Shown here: piece by piece, positions 11,289 to 21,395 of the stretch
Layout: every line of letters begins with the position of its first letter
How positions within the stretch are numbered: position 1 is the first letter of the stretch
Assembly (NCBI GenBank): GCA_963805085.1
Contig: CAWDTA010000005.1
Coordinates: 320,001-384,000 of the forward strand
DNA length: 64,000 nucleotides
Direction of reading: 5' to 3'
DNA from: an uncultured Veillonellaceae bacterium
GTDB taxonomy: Bacteria; Bacillota; Negativicutes; JARBTT01
Translations under genes and position numbers: made by a program
The notes under the pieces: generated by a model
What the model was told of the DNA's origin: nothing
What the model saw: only the letters and a program-made list of their open reading frames with translations
The model's database searches: none

Positions 11289-11723
11289 ATGGAATATATT
11301 GATCGCAAAGAACTTTCCACTAAACTTATTAATTATCTTGTTTCCATTCAGCTTAATTTTTTTTTGAGAATAGACGTTCCGTTAGTAGCGAATCAGTGGA
11401 TAACGTTAAATATTTTATATTTTGATGGACCATTAACATCCACAGAATTAGGCAGTCGTTTATCTATTTCCAAGCAGCAAGTATTTCAAATTATTAATAA
11501 ATTATATAAAGATGGTTATGTTAATCGTCAAACAACTCTTGAGGATCGACGCTGCAAAAATATTATGCTAACCGAAAAAGGCAACAAAATACTTATGAAT
11601 GGAAAAAACGCATTAAATTTCATGATCGAGAAAAACACTGATATTTTAACAGATTTGGAAATTGTTGATTTTAGCAAAGCAATCGAAGTGTTAGTACCTT
11701 TGTTTGAGAAAATATATGATTGA
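11289..11723 (+). CDS. MarR-family transcriptional regulator
   Basis: wHTH GPLTSTELGSRLSISKQQVFQIINKLYKDGYVNR...EDRRCKNIMLTEKG. Confidence 0.88.
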   Translation: MEYIDRKELSTKLINYLVSIQLNFFLRIDVPLVANQWITLNILYFDGPLTSTELGSRLSISKQQVFQIINKLYKDGYVNRQTTLEDRRCKNIMLTEKGNKILMNGKNALNFMIEKNTDILTDLEIVDFSKAIEVLVPLFEKIYD

Positions 11724-11959
11724 TAGGCGAATTATTAAATATATAAATTGAATTTTTAATCAGGCCAACAAGCTGAATACAAAATTCTTATAAAAATTCG
11801 ATTTTTTAGCATCTTTGCACGCCTTCGTTTGTCCATTTCTAATAAAAGTTCTTTTACAGGTCTGCCCATTATCTTGTTCATAGAATTCAACTTCCCACAT
11901 ATTAGCTTGACCTTTGTAAGCGATTAATTGTATATTACGGAGGAAAATGGCCCTGTCAG

Positions 11960-12260
11960 CATTTTTGAACTGACCCAGAAGCAACGTACAGAAAATAACC
12001 CCCTCAGAAGTAGAATAACTTGAAATTACGCAAACTGGCATCGTTTTTTATACGGTGTCAGTTTTATTTTTAATTCAATACGTTCAAAATTATAAAAGTA
12101 GATATATTCATCGATAAGGTTTTTGGATTCATCGATCGTTTTTGGGAGTACTCTTGAAATGCATTCTGTCTTTAAAATACTAAAAAAATTTTCGACTAAT
12201 GCATTATTGTAACAGTTTCCCTGTCTTGACATCGATGGTGTAATACTATATTCTTTAGTC
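11960..12260 (-). mobile_element. IS3-family transposase 3' remnant with probable element end
   Basis: SMSRQGNCYNNALVENFFSILKTEC...YIYFYNFERI integrase C-terminus; tgtacgttgcttctgggtcagttca-like end downstream on minus strand. Confidence 0.8.
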
Positions 12261-12572
12261 GATTATACCAGCCCTATATTTCAGAAATTGGTTAAAAAAG
12301 TTGGATTGGGTCAGTCTATGTCAAGGAGAGGAATTTGATGGGATAATGCACCACAGAAATTTTTCTTTGGTCATTTTAAAGATGAAGCTTATATAAAAAA
12401 ATGTGATACGTTAGAACAGTTAAAAAATGAAATAAAGCAATACATGATTTACTACAATGATTATAGATACCAATGGAATTTAAAAAAGATGACTCCTGTT
12501 CAGTACAGGAATCATCTTCTTAATATTGCATAGGCTCTTTTTCAAATTGTCCTTGAAAGGGGGACCACTTTA
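12261..12572 (+). mobile_element. Second IS3/IS150-family transposase 3' remnant
   Basis: YTSPIFQKLVKK.GLGQSMSRRG.*WDNAPQ.FFFGHFKDE...YYNDYRYQWNLKKMTPVQYRNHLL*, then tgtccttgaaagggggaccactt right-end-like sequence. Confidence 0.8.
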
Positions 12573-12961
12573 TTTAACCTTAGAGGGTATTTTGCTTTTT
12601 ATAGGATGGGGGCAACTCTTGATAATGCGATGAACAGTCAAGGTAAATTGGTAAAATAAGTAAAAATATAAGACGAAAAAAGCTTCTGAAAACTTCGGAA
12701 GCCTTGAATTATCTATATTGATGTGATGCTTGCAAACTTTTTTTAGAATGAGTTAAAATCAGGTCTAACAACGTCGTTAGACCTGATTTTCATATAGTGC
12801 ATTATTAAAATTCCCGTTAAGAGAAAGATAATCATTAATATTGCTAGATGATTGCATAATTCACCTGTATTACAACCAACCGTATGCCATTTGCTGAAAT
12901 CATAACTAAGCTGCAGCCTAGCGATATGTTGAATATAACTTCGCAAGGATTCTTTGTTTAT

Positions 12962-14710
12962 TTATTTTATCCATAAGCTTTCGTTATGAAAATGCTGATC
13001 AAATTCTTTACTGAACCATCGGCCGTTCAGCATGTTTTTGATGAGTATAGTTTTCTCTTCTGGCAAAAGGGTTTGATCGGCCTCGATTTCCCGGAGAATT
13101 TCATCATAGGAGGTGCGATCATAAGACATGGCAATTTCTGCTTTGTCTTTATTGGCATCGAAAATCAGTTGGCTGGGGCCTTTTTTCGCGGACTTCCAAG
13201 CGTTCCAATTTGTGAGTCCTTTGCCGTTTGGATTTCCTGTCCAGAGAAAATTTGCGATATAAGATTGGAAGTTTTTTGTGAGTTCGTGGGCGCCGTTGTT
13301 CTCGAAGGCTTGTGGATAAGCTGAACGGGGACCGATTGGTTCATCTGTCAGAAACGGCAGGAAAATTCCATGTGTTGCACCGACGAGTTCGGCCATTTCA
13401 TCACCGACGATGGATTCATTATTTCCCCATTTAATCATACAGGTATAGATGGGGGCATGATAATTTTCGATCATCTTGACGGCCGATTCTTCAGCATTGA
13501 AGAGCCCGTAGAATTTGCTGCCGTATTTGATGGAAAACGCAAGTTCTTTATGCGTCTGCGAATCAGAAAGTAAGGTGTGATTTTTCTGGGCAAGATTAAA
13601 ATAGGGGTCGCTGACAGAAAAGGCAGAAAATTCATTTGATCCGGTAAGCATAATGACTGGAACATCGTTATAGGAAGCTCCGTCAAAACCTTGTTTTGGC
13701 AAAACAGTTCCGTCTTTATAGAGATGGGGGAACCCGCTCATGCGTATGCGGGCGTTACCGAAGGTGGCAGCCAGGCGGTCTGCGGAAAGTCCGTAGAGGT
13801 AATTACGGACATCTGCATTATCCTGCAAAAGCCAGTGATAACCTTCTTCTTCTGATGGGGCGATGCCGTCTTCTACAACTAAGCAAGATAGGGCTTTGGC
13901 GATGATTTTGCTGCTGTCCTGCGGGTCAGACATAGTCATGCCGCCGCTGAAGGAAATGGCTTTTTGATATTTTCCTTTGAAGATTGGAGAGGCCAGCATT
14001 GCCATGACATCACGCCCGCCAGCGGAAAATCCAGAAATGGTTATATTCTGAGGATTACCGCCGAAGGATGCGGCATTTTCTTTGATCCAGTCCAGTGCCT
14101 GGGAAAAGTCAAGTAAGGTGTAATTGCCTGAGTCCTCTAACGGATTTCCGGTTTTTAATGCAGGAAGGCTGTTGAAACCCATAAGACCTAATCGATAATT
14201 CAGTGTAATGACAATGCTGTTTGTGTTGATCGCTAGTTTCTGAGGCGCAAGTTCTTCACTTGTACCGGTTTGATTGTTTCCACCGTGAATATAGACGAGA
14301 ACTGGCAGATTGATTACAGTTGAATCAGGACGGAAAATACTTAGGTTCAGGCAATCTTCACTGCCTTTGATTGCGTCTTTTGTTCCTTGTATGCCGATAT
14401 TTCCGGTTTTTATTGCAGAGAAGACACCTGACCAGGCATCAGGCTTTTGCGGAGCTTTCCAGCGTAGTTCTCCAACGGGTGGCTTGGCATAAGGAAGTCC
14501 TTGCCAGCTGAGGATGCCTTCGGAACGAAGACCGCTGACCATACCATAGGTGGTGTGCTGAAGTACACCTTGATGATAGGCGGGGGAAGCAGCCGTTTCT
14601 TGTTGAATTTGTGCTGCAACTGCCTGCGGTGGCATGACAAACGGCAAGAATAGAGCAAACGCCAAAATTGCTGAAAGTAACACGCGGGATAATTTTTGGT
14701 ATATTTGCAT
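12962..14710 (-). CDS. Secreted type-B carboxylesterase/lipase
   Basis: Signal peptide; GLPYAKPPVGELRWKAP, GSEDCLNLSI, HGG oxyanion motif, GFSAGG nucleophile elbow. Confidence 0.92.
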   Translation of the reverse strand: MQIYQKLSRVLLSAILAFALFLPFVMPPQAVAAQIQQETAASPAYHQGVLQHTTYGMVSGLRSEGILSWQGLPYAKPPVGELRWKAPQKPDAWSGVFSAIKTGNIGIQGTKDAIKGSEDCLNLSIFRPDSTVINLPVLVYIHGGNNQTGTSEELAPQKLAINTNSIVITLNYRLGLMGFNSLPALKTGNPLEDSGNYTLLDFSQALDWIKENAASFGGNPQNITISGFSAGGRDVMAMLASPIFKGKYQKAISFSGGMTMSDPQDSSKIIAKALSCLVVEDGIAPSEEEGYHWLLQDNADVRNYLYGLSADRLAATFGNARIRMSGFPHLYKDGTVLPKQGFDGASYNDVPVIMLTGSNEFSAFSVSDPYFNLAQKNHTLLSDSQTHKELAFSIKYGSKFYGLFNAEESAVKMIENYHAPIYTCMIKWGNNESIVGDEMAELVGATHGIFLPFLTDEPIGPRSAYPQAFENNGAHELTKNFQSYIANFLWTGNPNGKGLTNWNAWKSAKKGPSQLIFDANKDKAEIAMSYDRTSYDEILREIEADQTLLPEEKTILIKNMLNGRWFSKEFDQHFHNESLWIK

Positions 14711-14969
14711 AAGAAAACACCTCGCTTTTCATTTTACCTGGCAATATCCATATATTATGAATAATCATAATATTTCGCATACCGTGTGAATTTATGATAT
14801 ACTATAAAAGATAAATTATAAAGGAATTGGTAATTGATGCGGATTGGGCTATTTGGTATTGATATTGCTAGCAGGTTACCTATAGTATAGCATGGCGACA
14901 GGGAGTCGTATTTTGCTATTTGAGCGGAAAAATCGACTTTTTTTAAGTTTTTTTATTGAGGTGAAAATA

Positions 14970-16034
14970 TTGGAAGGCAGATGCAATCAGGAAGATTCTC
15001 TTATGGAGTATACAGAGAGGGAATTTCTTTATCGTGAGTACCATCGCTTAGCACAGCAAAATGATAAATACAAAATAAGGCAGCTGTTGAGCGCATTACC
15101 TCCGCAGTATATTGAACGGAACCGTATAATCTTGCCGGAAATTTCTTCGCCGCGCTTTCGGATAGAAGGCGGCACGATCATTCAAAATGAATTGTTGCAA
15201 TGGGCAGGTTCTCAGCCGGATATCCTTATGGAAAAGCATCCGCGCTATCTGCCGGAGTTCATCCATGGACATGCTTATGTTGAACTCATGTATCTTTATC
15301 GAGGGCAGTGTAGGAACAGGTTTTCTCATACGGTAATGTCGATGCAGGAGGGAGATGTTTGTATCATCGCACCACGGGTAAAGCATGGGGTAAGCATTTT
15401 TGATGATAGTATTCTAATCAATGTACAAATTAAACCGCAGGCAATTGCTAGGCTTTTCACCGATATTTCTGAGGAACAAAATCCATTGCTGTTATTTTTC
15501 CAGCGAATTTTGCAGGGCGAAAAACAATTCCCATATTTGTTCGTACGCACAGGAACATCTCCCAACTTGCGGGGAAAAATTAGCGATGCATTCGGTGAAT
15601 ACTGTAGTGAAAAGCCTTATGGGCGAAAGATAGCGGTGATGTATCTGCAGTTGTTTTTTGCGTTGATGATACGAGAGTATAGCAGCATAATGGTGGTTGG
15701 GGCGGAAGAAAAGAGTAATGCGCATAAAATCGGGTTGATTCTCGACTATATCCAAAAGCATTCTCGTGAAATTGATCTACAGAGTTTAGCAGGAAATTTC
15801 CATTATACACCGCAGTATATGAGCAAAATTATCCGCGAGTATACGGGGGTGCCGTTTAGCTGCCTGGTTAGGCGCCTTCGCTTGGAGCAGGCAGCATATC
15901 TTCTGCGCTGTAGCGAAAAAGCAATTCCAGTGATTGCCCGAGAGGTTGGATACAGAGATACGGATCATTTTATTCGCTTATTTAAGGCGCAATATCAGTA
16001 TACACCGCTGAAATACCGGCAGAGTCATCAATAA
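14970..16034 (+). CDS. AraC-family transcriptional regulator with cupin sensor domain
   Basis: KHPRYLPEFIHGHAYVELMY cupin; C-terminal double HTH; TTG start behind GAGGTG; divergent from esterase. Confidence 0.9.
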   Translation: MEGRCNQEDSLMEYTEREFLYREYHRLAQQNDKYKIRQLLSALPPQYIERNRIILPEISSPRFRIEGGTIIQNELLQWAGSQPDILMEKHPRYLPEFIHGHAYVELMYLYRGQCRNRFSHTVMSMQEGDVCIIAPRVKHGVSIFDDSILINVQIKPQAIARLFTDISEEQNPLLLFFQRILQGEKQFPYLFVRTGTSPNLRGKISDAFGEYCSEKPYGRKIAVMYLQLFFALMIREYSSIMVVGAEEKSNAHKIGLILDYIQKHSREIDLQSLAGNFHYTPQYMSKIIREYTGVPFSCLVRRLRLEQAAYLLRCSEKAIPVIAREVGYRDTDHFIRLFKAQYQYTPLKYRQSHQ

Positions 16035-16039
16035 AGTTC

Positions 16040-16249
16040 AGGCAAGGTTTATCTCATGAATATGTATACAAAACCTGAGTATAGAAGAAGAGATATTGCT
16101 AGTAAGACATTAGATTTATTGATTTAAGAAGCAATAGGTCGGGTTATCAAGAAAATATCGCTAGAGCCACAGAAATAGGGAGACTAGTATATGAAAAATA
16201 CCGATTTGTTAGTATGAAAGATGAAATAGAATATCCGTTATTTGCTTAA
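16040..16249 (+). pseudogene. GNAT acetyltransferase C-terminal relic
   Basis: YLMNMYTKPEYRRRDIASKTLDLLI*...GRLVYEKY with internal stops. Confidence 0.65.
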
Positions 16250-16329
16250 TCAATCCTTTGTCTAACACTTTTTAGAAATGTAGCATTCCATGGTATTATG
16301 GAGACAGTAGCATCCGTTAAAGTAGACAG

Positions 16330-16440
16330 TTTTGATTATACCTATGAATACGTAGAAAAAGATGTTAATGAAGTGCTTGATTTACTTGGTCTTTTATATA
16401 AGTTTATAAATCCCGGCGACAGAGTATTATTAAAACTGTA
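16330..16440 (+). pseudogene. DUF362-like N-terminal relic
   Basis: DYTYEYVEKDVNEVLDLLGL...INPGDRVLLK resembles DUF362 N-termini (from memory). Confidence 0.4.
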
Positions 16441-16554
16441 TAAAAGCATCCACCAACATTGAATAAGTCAAGGAAAAGATGAAGGTAATATCAGATAAAA
16501 AACTGCTTTGCCTATTGTAATATTTTATACGATTGATGAAAAATCTTAAATTAC

Positions 16555-16605
16555 GCCCTCCAGAGCCAGCCAGGGGCGTAGGTTCGATTCCTACCAGGCA
16601 CACCA
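16555..16605 (+). repeat. Isolated 3' half of a tRNA (att-like scar; possibly Arg(CCG)-derived)
   Basis: Perfect T-arm gtagg-ttcgatt-cctac, 3' acceptor strand and ACCA; no 5' half; decayed anticodon loop ctccaga. Confidence 0.7.
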
Positions 16606-16620
16606 TAAGAAATTGAATAA

Positions 16621-16662
16621 AATTAAGCCCTCTAAGGTTAATACCTTAGAGGGCTTAATTTT
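16621..16662 (+). terminator. Hairpin/terminator after tRNA fragment
   Basis: aattaagccctctaaggt-taat-accttagagggcttaatt, then T-run. Confidence 0.7.
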
Positions 16663-16883
16663 ATAGGATAGTGGGAAATACATAAAAAACGCATTGATAT
16701 TATTAATATTAGCGGGGCTTTAAAGGAATAGATAGAAAAATTCATTTGTTTTTTCTAGAGGGCCCAATGCTTTATTTGTAAATATAGTTTGCTCATTACG
16801 AATAGTACGTATAAGTGTTTTGATGCTTTTAAAAGCGCTCAAACCTTTTGATTTTAAAGGGATTGTGCACCTTGAGGTTTTGC

Positions 16884-17105
16884 TTAGAGTGATAAAAACA
16901 CTTGCTCCGTCCAGCCCGGTACGGAAAATAAAAGTACGGCTGCAAAGGCAAATGGAGTACAAAGCCGCAGCAACCAAGAACGGGCTTTGCCGTATTTTGA
17001 CTTGTGGCCCCATAGCCAGATCTGAAATACCGTATAAAAGGCGGTATACCAGCATGATGGTACCGACGGCGGCAGCACTTACGCCGATATAGTCAGTATA
17101 TTGCC
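16884..17105 (-). pseudogene. GPH (MelB-like) sugar:cation symporter N-terminal relic
   Basis: YTDYIGVSAAAVGTIMLVYRLLYGISDLAMG then shifted KSKYGKARSWLL..TPFAFAAVLLFSVP. Confidence 0.75.
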
Positions 17106-17593
17106 ATAGGAGGTGGAGCTATTGGGTGTTTGTTAACGGGGTTCGTGCACACTCACTGTCAAATGGATTTTTACTGTCTTGCTAGTCTTGTTTGGAACCT
17201 TTTTCTAGGACCATGGCTAACGAATTGATGTAGCTATCAATAACTATGATGCATTGGGCTAGAGACTAATGCATACTAGTTATTGATAGCTGGCAATAAC
17301 TATGATGTTTTTTAATTAATTGATTAATTTGGAGGTGTTAGTGTAGAGAAGGATGATCAGACCAGGCTGATGGAAATTACGGCGCGTTGTTTGCACAAAA
17401 ACGCCTTGCGACCGTATCTATAAGAGAATTGGCGCAGTCTGTATTTGCTGCGGACCAAGTGGCGGCAGAGAAAGCCAAGTGGCAGCTTACGGATTTGGAG
17501 AAGGGGCTACGATAACAGGAACGCAGCAGGCCGAAGCTTTGCTGGCGGTGGATCTATATGTATGTGAGCATTGAGTGAGGAGGAAAGGCAGAA

Positions 17594-19006
17594 ATGGGAA
17601 GAAGAATAAAAGAGGCAATGCCTGATTTTTTGGAACTCGGTGAGGCTATGAAATTAACTCGGGAACAAAATCGAGAGAATCACCGTCAATTTATAAATCC
17701 GGAATTAGTAAATATGATGGCGTTTCTAAATTTTGATAAGTGTTTTGTTAGAGCGGAGGGTACCTCCGTATGGGACAACGAAGGGAATGAATACTTGGAT
17801 TTTTTGGGAGGTTATGGGGCTCTGAACTTGGGTCATAATCATCCCGAGATCATTGCCGCAGTAGAGTCGGTAAAATCGCCGAATCTGCTACAAGCCGCCC
17901 TCAATCCGTTAGCAGGGGCTTTAGCCAGAGATCTGGCACTATTCACGCCAGGCAAATTGCAATATTCATTTTTGGGCAATAGTGGAGCGGAAGCGGTGGA
18001 AGGGGCCTTGAAACTGGCACGAGCTTCTAGTGGAAAAATGAAAATTGTTTCTTGTGAGGGTGCTTTTCATGGTAAGTCTTTTGGAGCCTTGTCAGTTACA
18101 GGGCGGGAGAAATATCGAAAGCCTTTTGCTCCTCTGCTGTCAGTAGTAGAATTCGTTCCGTATGGAGATAGTGCGGCTCTTGAAAAATCTTTAGCCAAGG
18201 AAGATGTGTCAGCTTTCATTGTGGAACCTATCCAGGGAGAGGGCGGTGTCATTGTGCCGCCGGAAGGATATTTGAAAAAAGTCAGGGATATTTGTACAGA
18301 ACATAATGCGCTGCTTATTGTTGATGAAATTCAGACAGGTTTTGGACGTACTGGTAAAATGTTTGCTTGTGAACACGAAGGGGTTGTTCCCGATATTATG
18401 TGCATATCCAAATCTTTTGGAGGTGGGGTAATGCCGCTGGCAGCCTATATAGCTATCGAAAAGGTTTGGAAACGCGCTTATGGCAGCATGGAAAAGGCGA
18501 CTCTACATACGTCTACTTTTGGCGGAAATTCTCGGGCGGCAGCGGCTGGAATTGCTACTTTAGAGATCATTTACCGAGAGGATCTATCACATCAAGCGGC
18601 AGAGAAGGGCGAATATCTCTTGGAAAGATTACGGCAGTTGCAGGAAAAATATCCGTTTTTGCAAGAAGTCCGCGGGCGAGGGCTTATGATTGGCCTTGAG
18701 TTTAGCCAGCCGAAACAGGAGGGGTTTTTTAACAAGCTGACTGGAGGCGTTGTGGGAAAATTAGCTGACGAATATCTGGGAGCAATGGTATCAGGAGAGC
18801 TTTTGAATAAACATCAGATTATTACTGCATATACTTTAAATAATCCTAATGTTATTCGCCTAGAACCGCCGCTTATCGTATCTTATGAGGAACTTGACAA
18901 ATTGCTTGTGGCTTTGGATGAAATTTTTGCTAAGAACAAGGGGTTTGGCGATATGGTGATATCCAGCAGTAAAACTATATTGGCCTCTTTGGCTAAAAAA
19001 ATATAA
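17594..19006 (+). CDS. Class III PLP-dependent aminotransferase (putrescine/acetylornithine/HpnO-like)
   Basis: YLDFLGGYG, NSGAEAVE, FHGKS, EPIQGEGG, DEIQTGFGRTG, SKSFGGG; substrate not determinable. Confidence 0.9.
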   Translation: MGRRIKEAMPDFLELGEAMKLTREQNRENHRQFINPELVNMMAFLNFDKCFVRAEGTSVWDNEGNEYLDFLGGYGALNLGHNHPEIIAAVESVKSPNLLQAALNPLAGALARDLALFTPGKLQYSFLGNSGAEAVEGALKLARASSGKMKIVSCEGAFHGKSFGALSVTGREKYRKPFAPLLSVVEFVPYGDSAALEKSLAKEDVSAFIVEPIQGEGGVIVPPEGYLKKVRDICTEHNALLIVDEIQTGFGRTGKMFACEHEGVVPDIMCISKSFGGGVMPLAAYIAIEKVWKRAYGSMEKATLHTSTFGGNSRAAAAGIATLEIIYREDLSHQAAEKGEYLLERLRQLQEKYPFLQEVRGRGLMIGLEFSQPKQEGFFNKLTGGVVGKLADEYLGAMVSGELLNKHQIITAYTLNNPNVIRLEPPLIVSYEELDKLLVALDEIFAKNKGFGDMVISSSKTILASLAKKI

Positions 19007-19488
19007 TAGAGTTAATCCCCAATATAGTGTAAATCAGAACAAAAATAGACGTACAAAATTAGAGTAAGATTTCCTCGAAATTTTGTATGCCCTTGTGGTC
19101 TTTTATGCCGTTTTCAGTGAATGCCGATAAGACCCACCTCTTCCACATTGTATTTTATTATGTAGTTTATTCACATTGACCTAGGCCAGCTCATCAAGAA
19201 GCTTTATGATTACCAAAAGGCGGCAGGTAATATTGATGGAAAATTTCGGACTTATTTTGCCAATATCCTTGGTGTATCAGAAACATTCATGCAGCGAAAA
19301 GAGGCAATGTTCGATTCTTACCGAGAAACATAAGAAAATATAAGCCTTCTAGCGATTTTACTAGAAAGTTTTTTGGTATAAAACTTGGCTGGTGAACAGA
19401 TGCCCCATCATGATGGATTAGCTTCTATCATCATCGTTACGGCGGTTATTATCATTCATAAGGACAATAATTGTAAAGCGGTATAGTA

Positions 19489-19529
19489 AAAAAAGCAAAT
19501 TACAGCTAATAACTGTAATTTGCTTTTTT
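19489..19529. terminator. Bidirectional intrinsic terminator
   Basis: aaaaaagcaaattacag-ctaataa-ctgtaatttgctttttt. Confidence 0.7.
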
Positions 19530-19551
19530 AGATTAATGTAATAGAATCTTG

Positions 19552-20400
19552 TCATTTTAATTCACCAAACCGCTCCATAAAAGCATCAGGTGGCATGCTT
19601 TTGTATTCAGTAATATATTTTTTAAATAACGCCATATTATCTTTACTCATTATTACACCCATATAAATGCGTGGAATCGTATACTTCGCATCATAATCCA
19701 TTAAACCTAAATCAGATACAGAAAATGCAGCTTCGTATCCTGCTTCTTTAACTGCTTGCAATACATTGCCATTATAATGACCGTATGGATATGCTATAAC
19801 ACGACACTGCTTTCCAGTGAATTCTTCTATGAATTTTTTTGAGTCTTCAAGCTCTTGCTGAATTTCCAATTTTGAATTTTTGTTGAGGTCAGGATGGGTT
19901 ATAGTATGAGATTGAATGGAGAAAAGTGGATTGGCAGCTAATTCTCTTAATTGCTTATCAGTTACATAGGGATATCCTGGTAAAGTTAAATTAATACCTT
20001 CTTTGAAAATAAAGAAGGTAGCATGCATATTATGTTTAACAAGCTCTGGAGCCGCATATTTATAGATGCCTTCATAACCGTCATCAAAAGAAATTAATAT
20101 AGAGTTTGCGGGAAACGGTAGATTGTTGTTAATATAATATAAAAATTCGTCCATTGATAAACTGTAATAGCCCTGTTTAGTCAACCAATCAAGTTGCTTC
20201 GCAAAATCTTTCAATGAAACGTCAAACCCATTTATCGGTGTCGGTTTAATATCATGATACATGAGGATCGGAGGAAAGTAACTTCTGTCTTGTTTAGACT
20301 CCATTTTTGCAACTGAACTTGCTTGAAACATAGTCAATAATATTAATAAAAATACTATTTTAAAATATTTTCTAATCAATACTCCCACTATCCTTTCCAT
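19552..20400 (-). CDS. Polysaccharide deacetylase (CE4/NodB family), exported
   Basis: PILMYH, ISFDDGY, QSHTITHPDL, AYPYG motifs; N-terminal hydrophobic segment. Confidence 0.92.
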   Translation of the reverse strand: MERIVGVLIRKYFKIVFLLILLTMFQASSVAKMESKQDRSYFPPILMYHDIKPTPINGFDVSLKDFAKQLDWLTKQGYYSLSMDEFLYYINNNLPFPANSILISFDDGYEGIYKYAAPELVKHNMHATFFIFKEGINLTLPGYPYVTDKQLRELAANPLFSIQSHTITHPDLNKNSKLEIQQELEDSKKFIEEFTGKQCRVIAYPYGHYNGNVLQAVKEAGYEAAFSVSDLGLMDYDAKYTIPRIYMGVIMSKDNMALFKKYITEYKSMPPDAFMERFGELK

Positions 20401-20582
20401 TACATTGAATTATACTATATCTTGTAAATCTTATAATCTAAAGTAGTGTAACCCAAAAGCGAAGTTTATGTCAATATATAAATGCTTCTTAGCGATTTCC
20501 CATTTTCTTGCCGCTTTTATAAGGTGATTACGGAAGTCCGTCTATTGCTATTCAAACGCAGCACTCAATGCATAATCCTATG

Positions 20583-20612
20583 TTGACAAACTAACGTCGT
20601 TAGTTTTATAAT
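20583..20612 (+). promoter_or_regulatory. sigma-A promoter with palindromic operator between -35 and -10
   Basis: TTGACA 20583-88, TATAAT 20607-12, palindrome aaactaacg-t-cgttagttt 20588-20606 upstream of TetR gene. Confidence 0.7.
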
Positions 20613-20727
20613 TAATTTAATTAGTTTTATATTGCTTTGACAATAACGTTTTAGAAACTATTTGTGAAAGAACGATTTAATTTAGTACTATGGACATCCA
20701 GAATAAATTAGATAACAATGAAAGTCG

Positions 20728-21303
20728 GTGATATTTTTGTGTACACGCGTTAGATTGGACAGTCAGACCATCGTAGCCGCGGCTGCGGGAATTGCTGATT
20801 TGAATGGCCTAGATAATGTTACGCTTACTGCCGTAGCAAATCAATTGGGAGTTCGCAAGCCTTCGCTGTATAATCATATTAACGGATTACCTGAATTAAA
20901 AGGACAATTGGCGATTTGGGGTACAGATCAACTCCGAGTCAAAATAAGTGATGCAGCTATTGGTAAAGCAAGGCATGATGCCATTGAGGCCATAGCTGGC
21001 GCCTACCGATTATTTGCCAAAGAGCGACCAGGTTTGTACAGGGCTATCGTATCATCACCAGACCGTGATAATCTAGATCTCAAGGCTGCCATTCAGAAAA
21101 TGATGGCAGTAATTTCTATGGTGCTAGAACCATATAATTTAAGTGACGGTGATAGAACCCATGCGATTCGAGGTCTACGTAGCTTGATGCATGGGTTTGC
21201 ATCCTTGGAAGAGGCCGGATGGTTTGCTGCCCCCGTAGACCGAGAGGAGAGCTATCAAAGGCTAATCAACATTTTCATTCGTGGTATAGAGTCTTCTTGC
21301 TAA
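20728..21303 (+). CDS. TetR-family regulator with WHG-type C-terminal domain
   Basis: LTAVANQLGVRKPSLYNHI HTH; RSLMHGFASLE. Confidence 0.9.
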   Translation: MIFLCTRVRLDSQTIVAAAAGIADLNGLDNVTLTAVANQLGVRKPSLYNHINGLPELKGQLAIWGTDQLRVKISDAAIGKARHDAIEAIAGAYRLFAKERPGLYRAIVSSPDRDNLDLKAAIQKMMAVISMVLEPYNLSDGDRTHAIRGLRSLMHGFASLEEAGWFAAPVDREESYQRLINIFIRGIESSC

Positions 21304-21352
21304 ACAATTTCTGCTATCTATCACTATTAGTGGTAGATAGCAGAAATTGTTT
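21302..21352. terminator. Long inverted repeat between tetR and MFS gene
   Basis: aaacaatttctgctatctatcact-att-agtggtagatagcagaaattgttt. Confidence 0.55.
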
Positions 21353-21395
21353 CTAATCTGAACTAATTAGAATTTTAGAATACGAGGATATTATT

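Noticed and set aside
12743-12946. 67-aa minus-strand ORF
   Set aside because: No RBS or recognisable motif; possibly a membrane-protein tail relic.
17340-17575. Gene relic upstream of the aminotransferase
   Set aside because: RBS and coding-like composition, but frames are broken and I cannot assign a family.
19020-19490. Coding-like debris after the aminotransferase (possible DMT/EamA tail, IS end)
   Set aside because: Too degraded to support a call.
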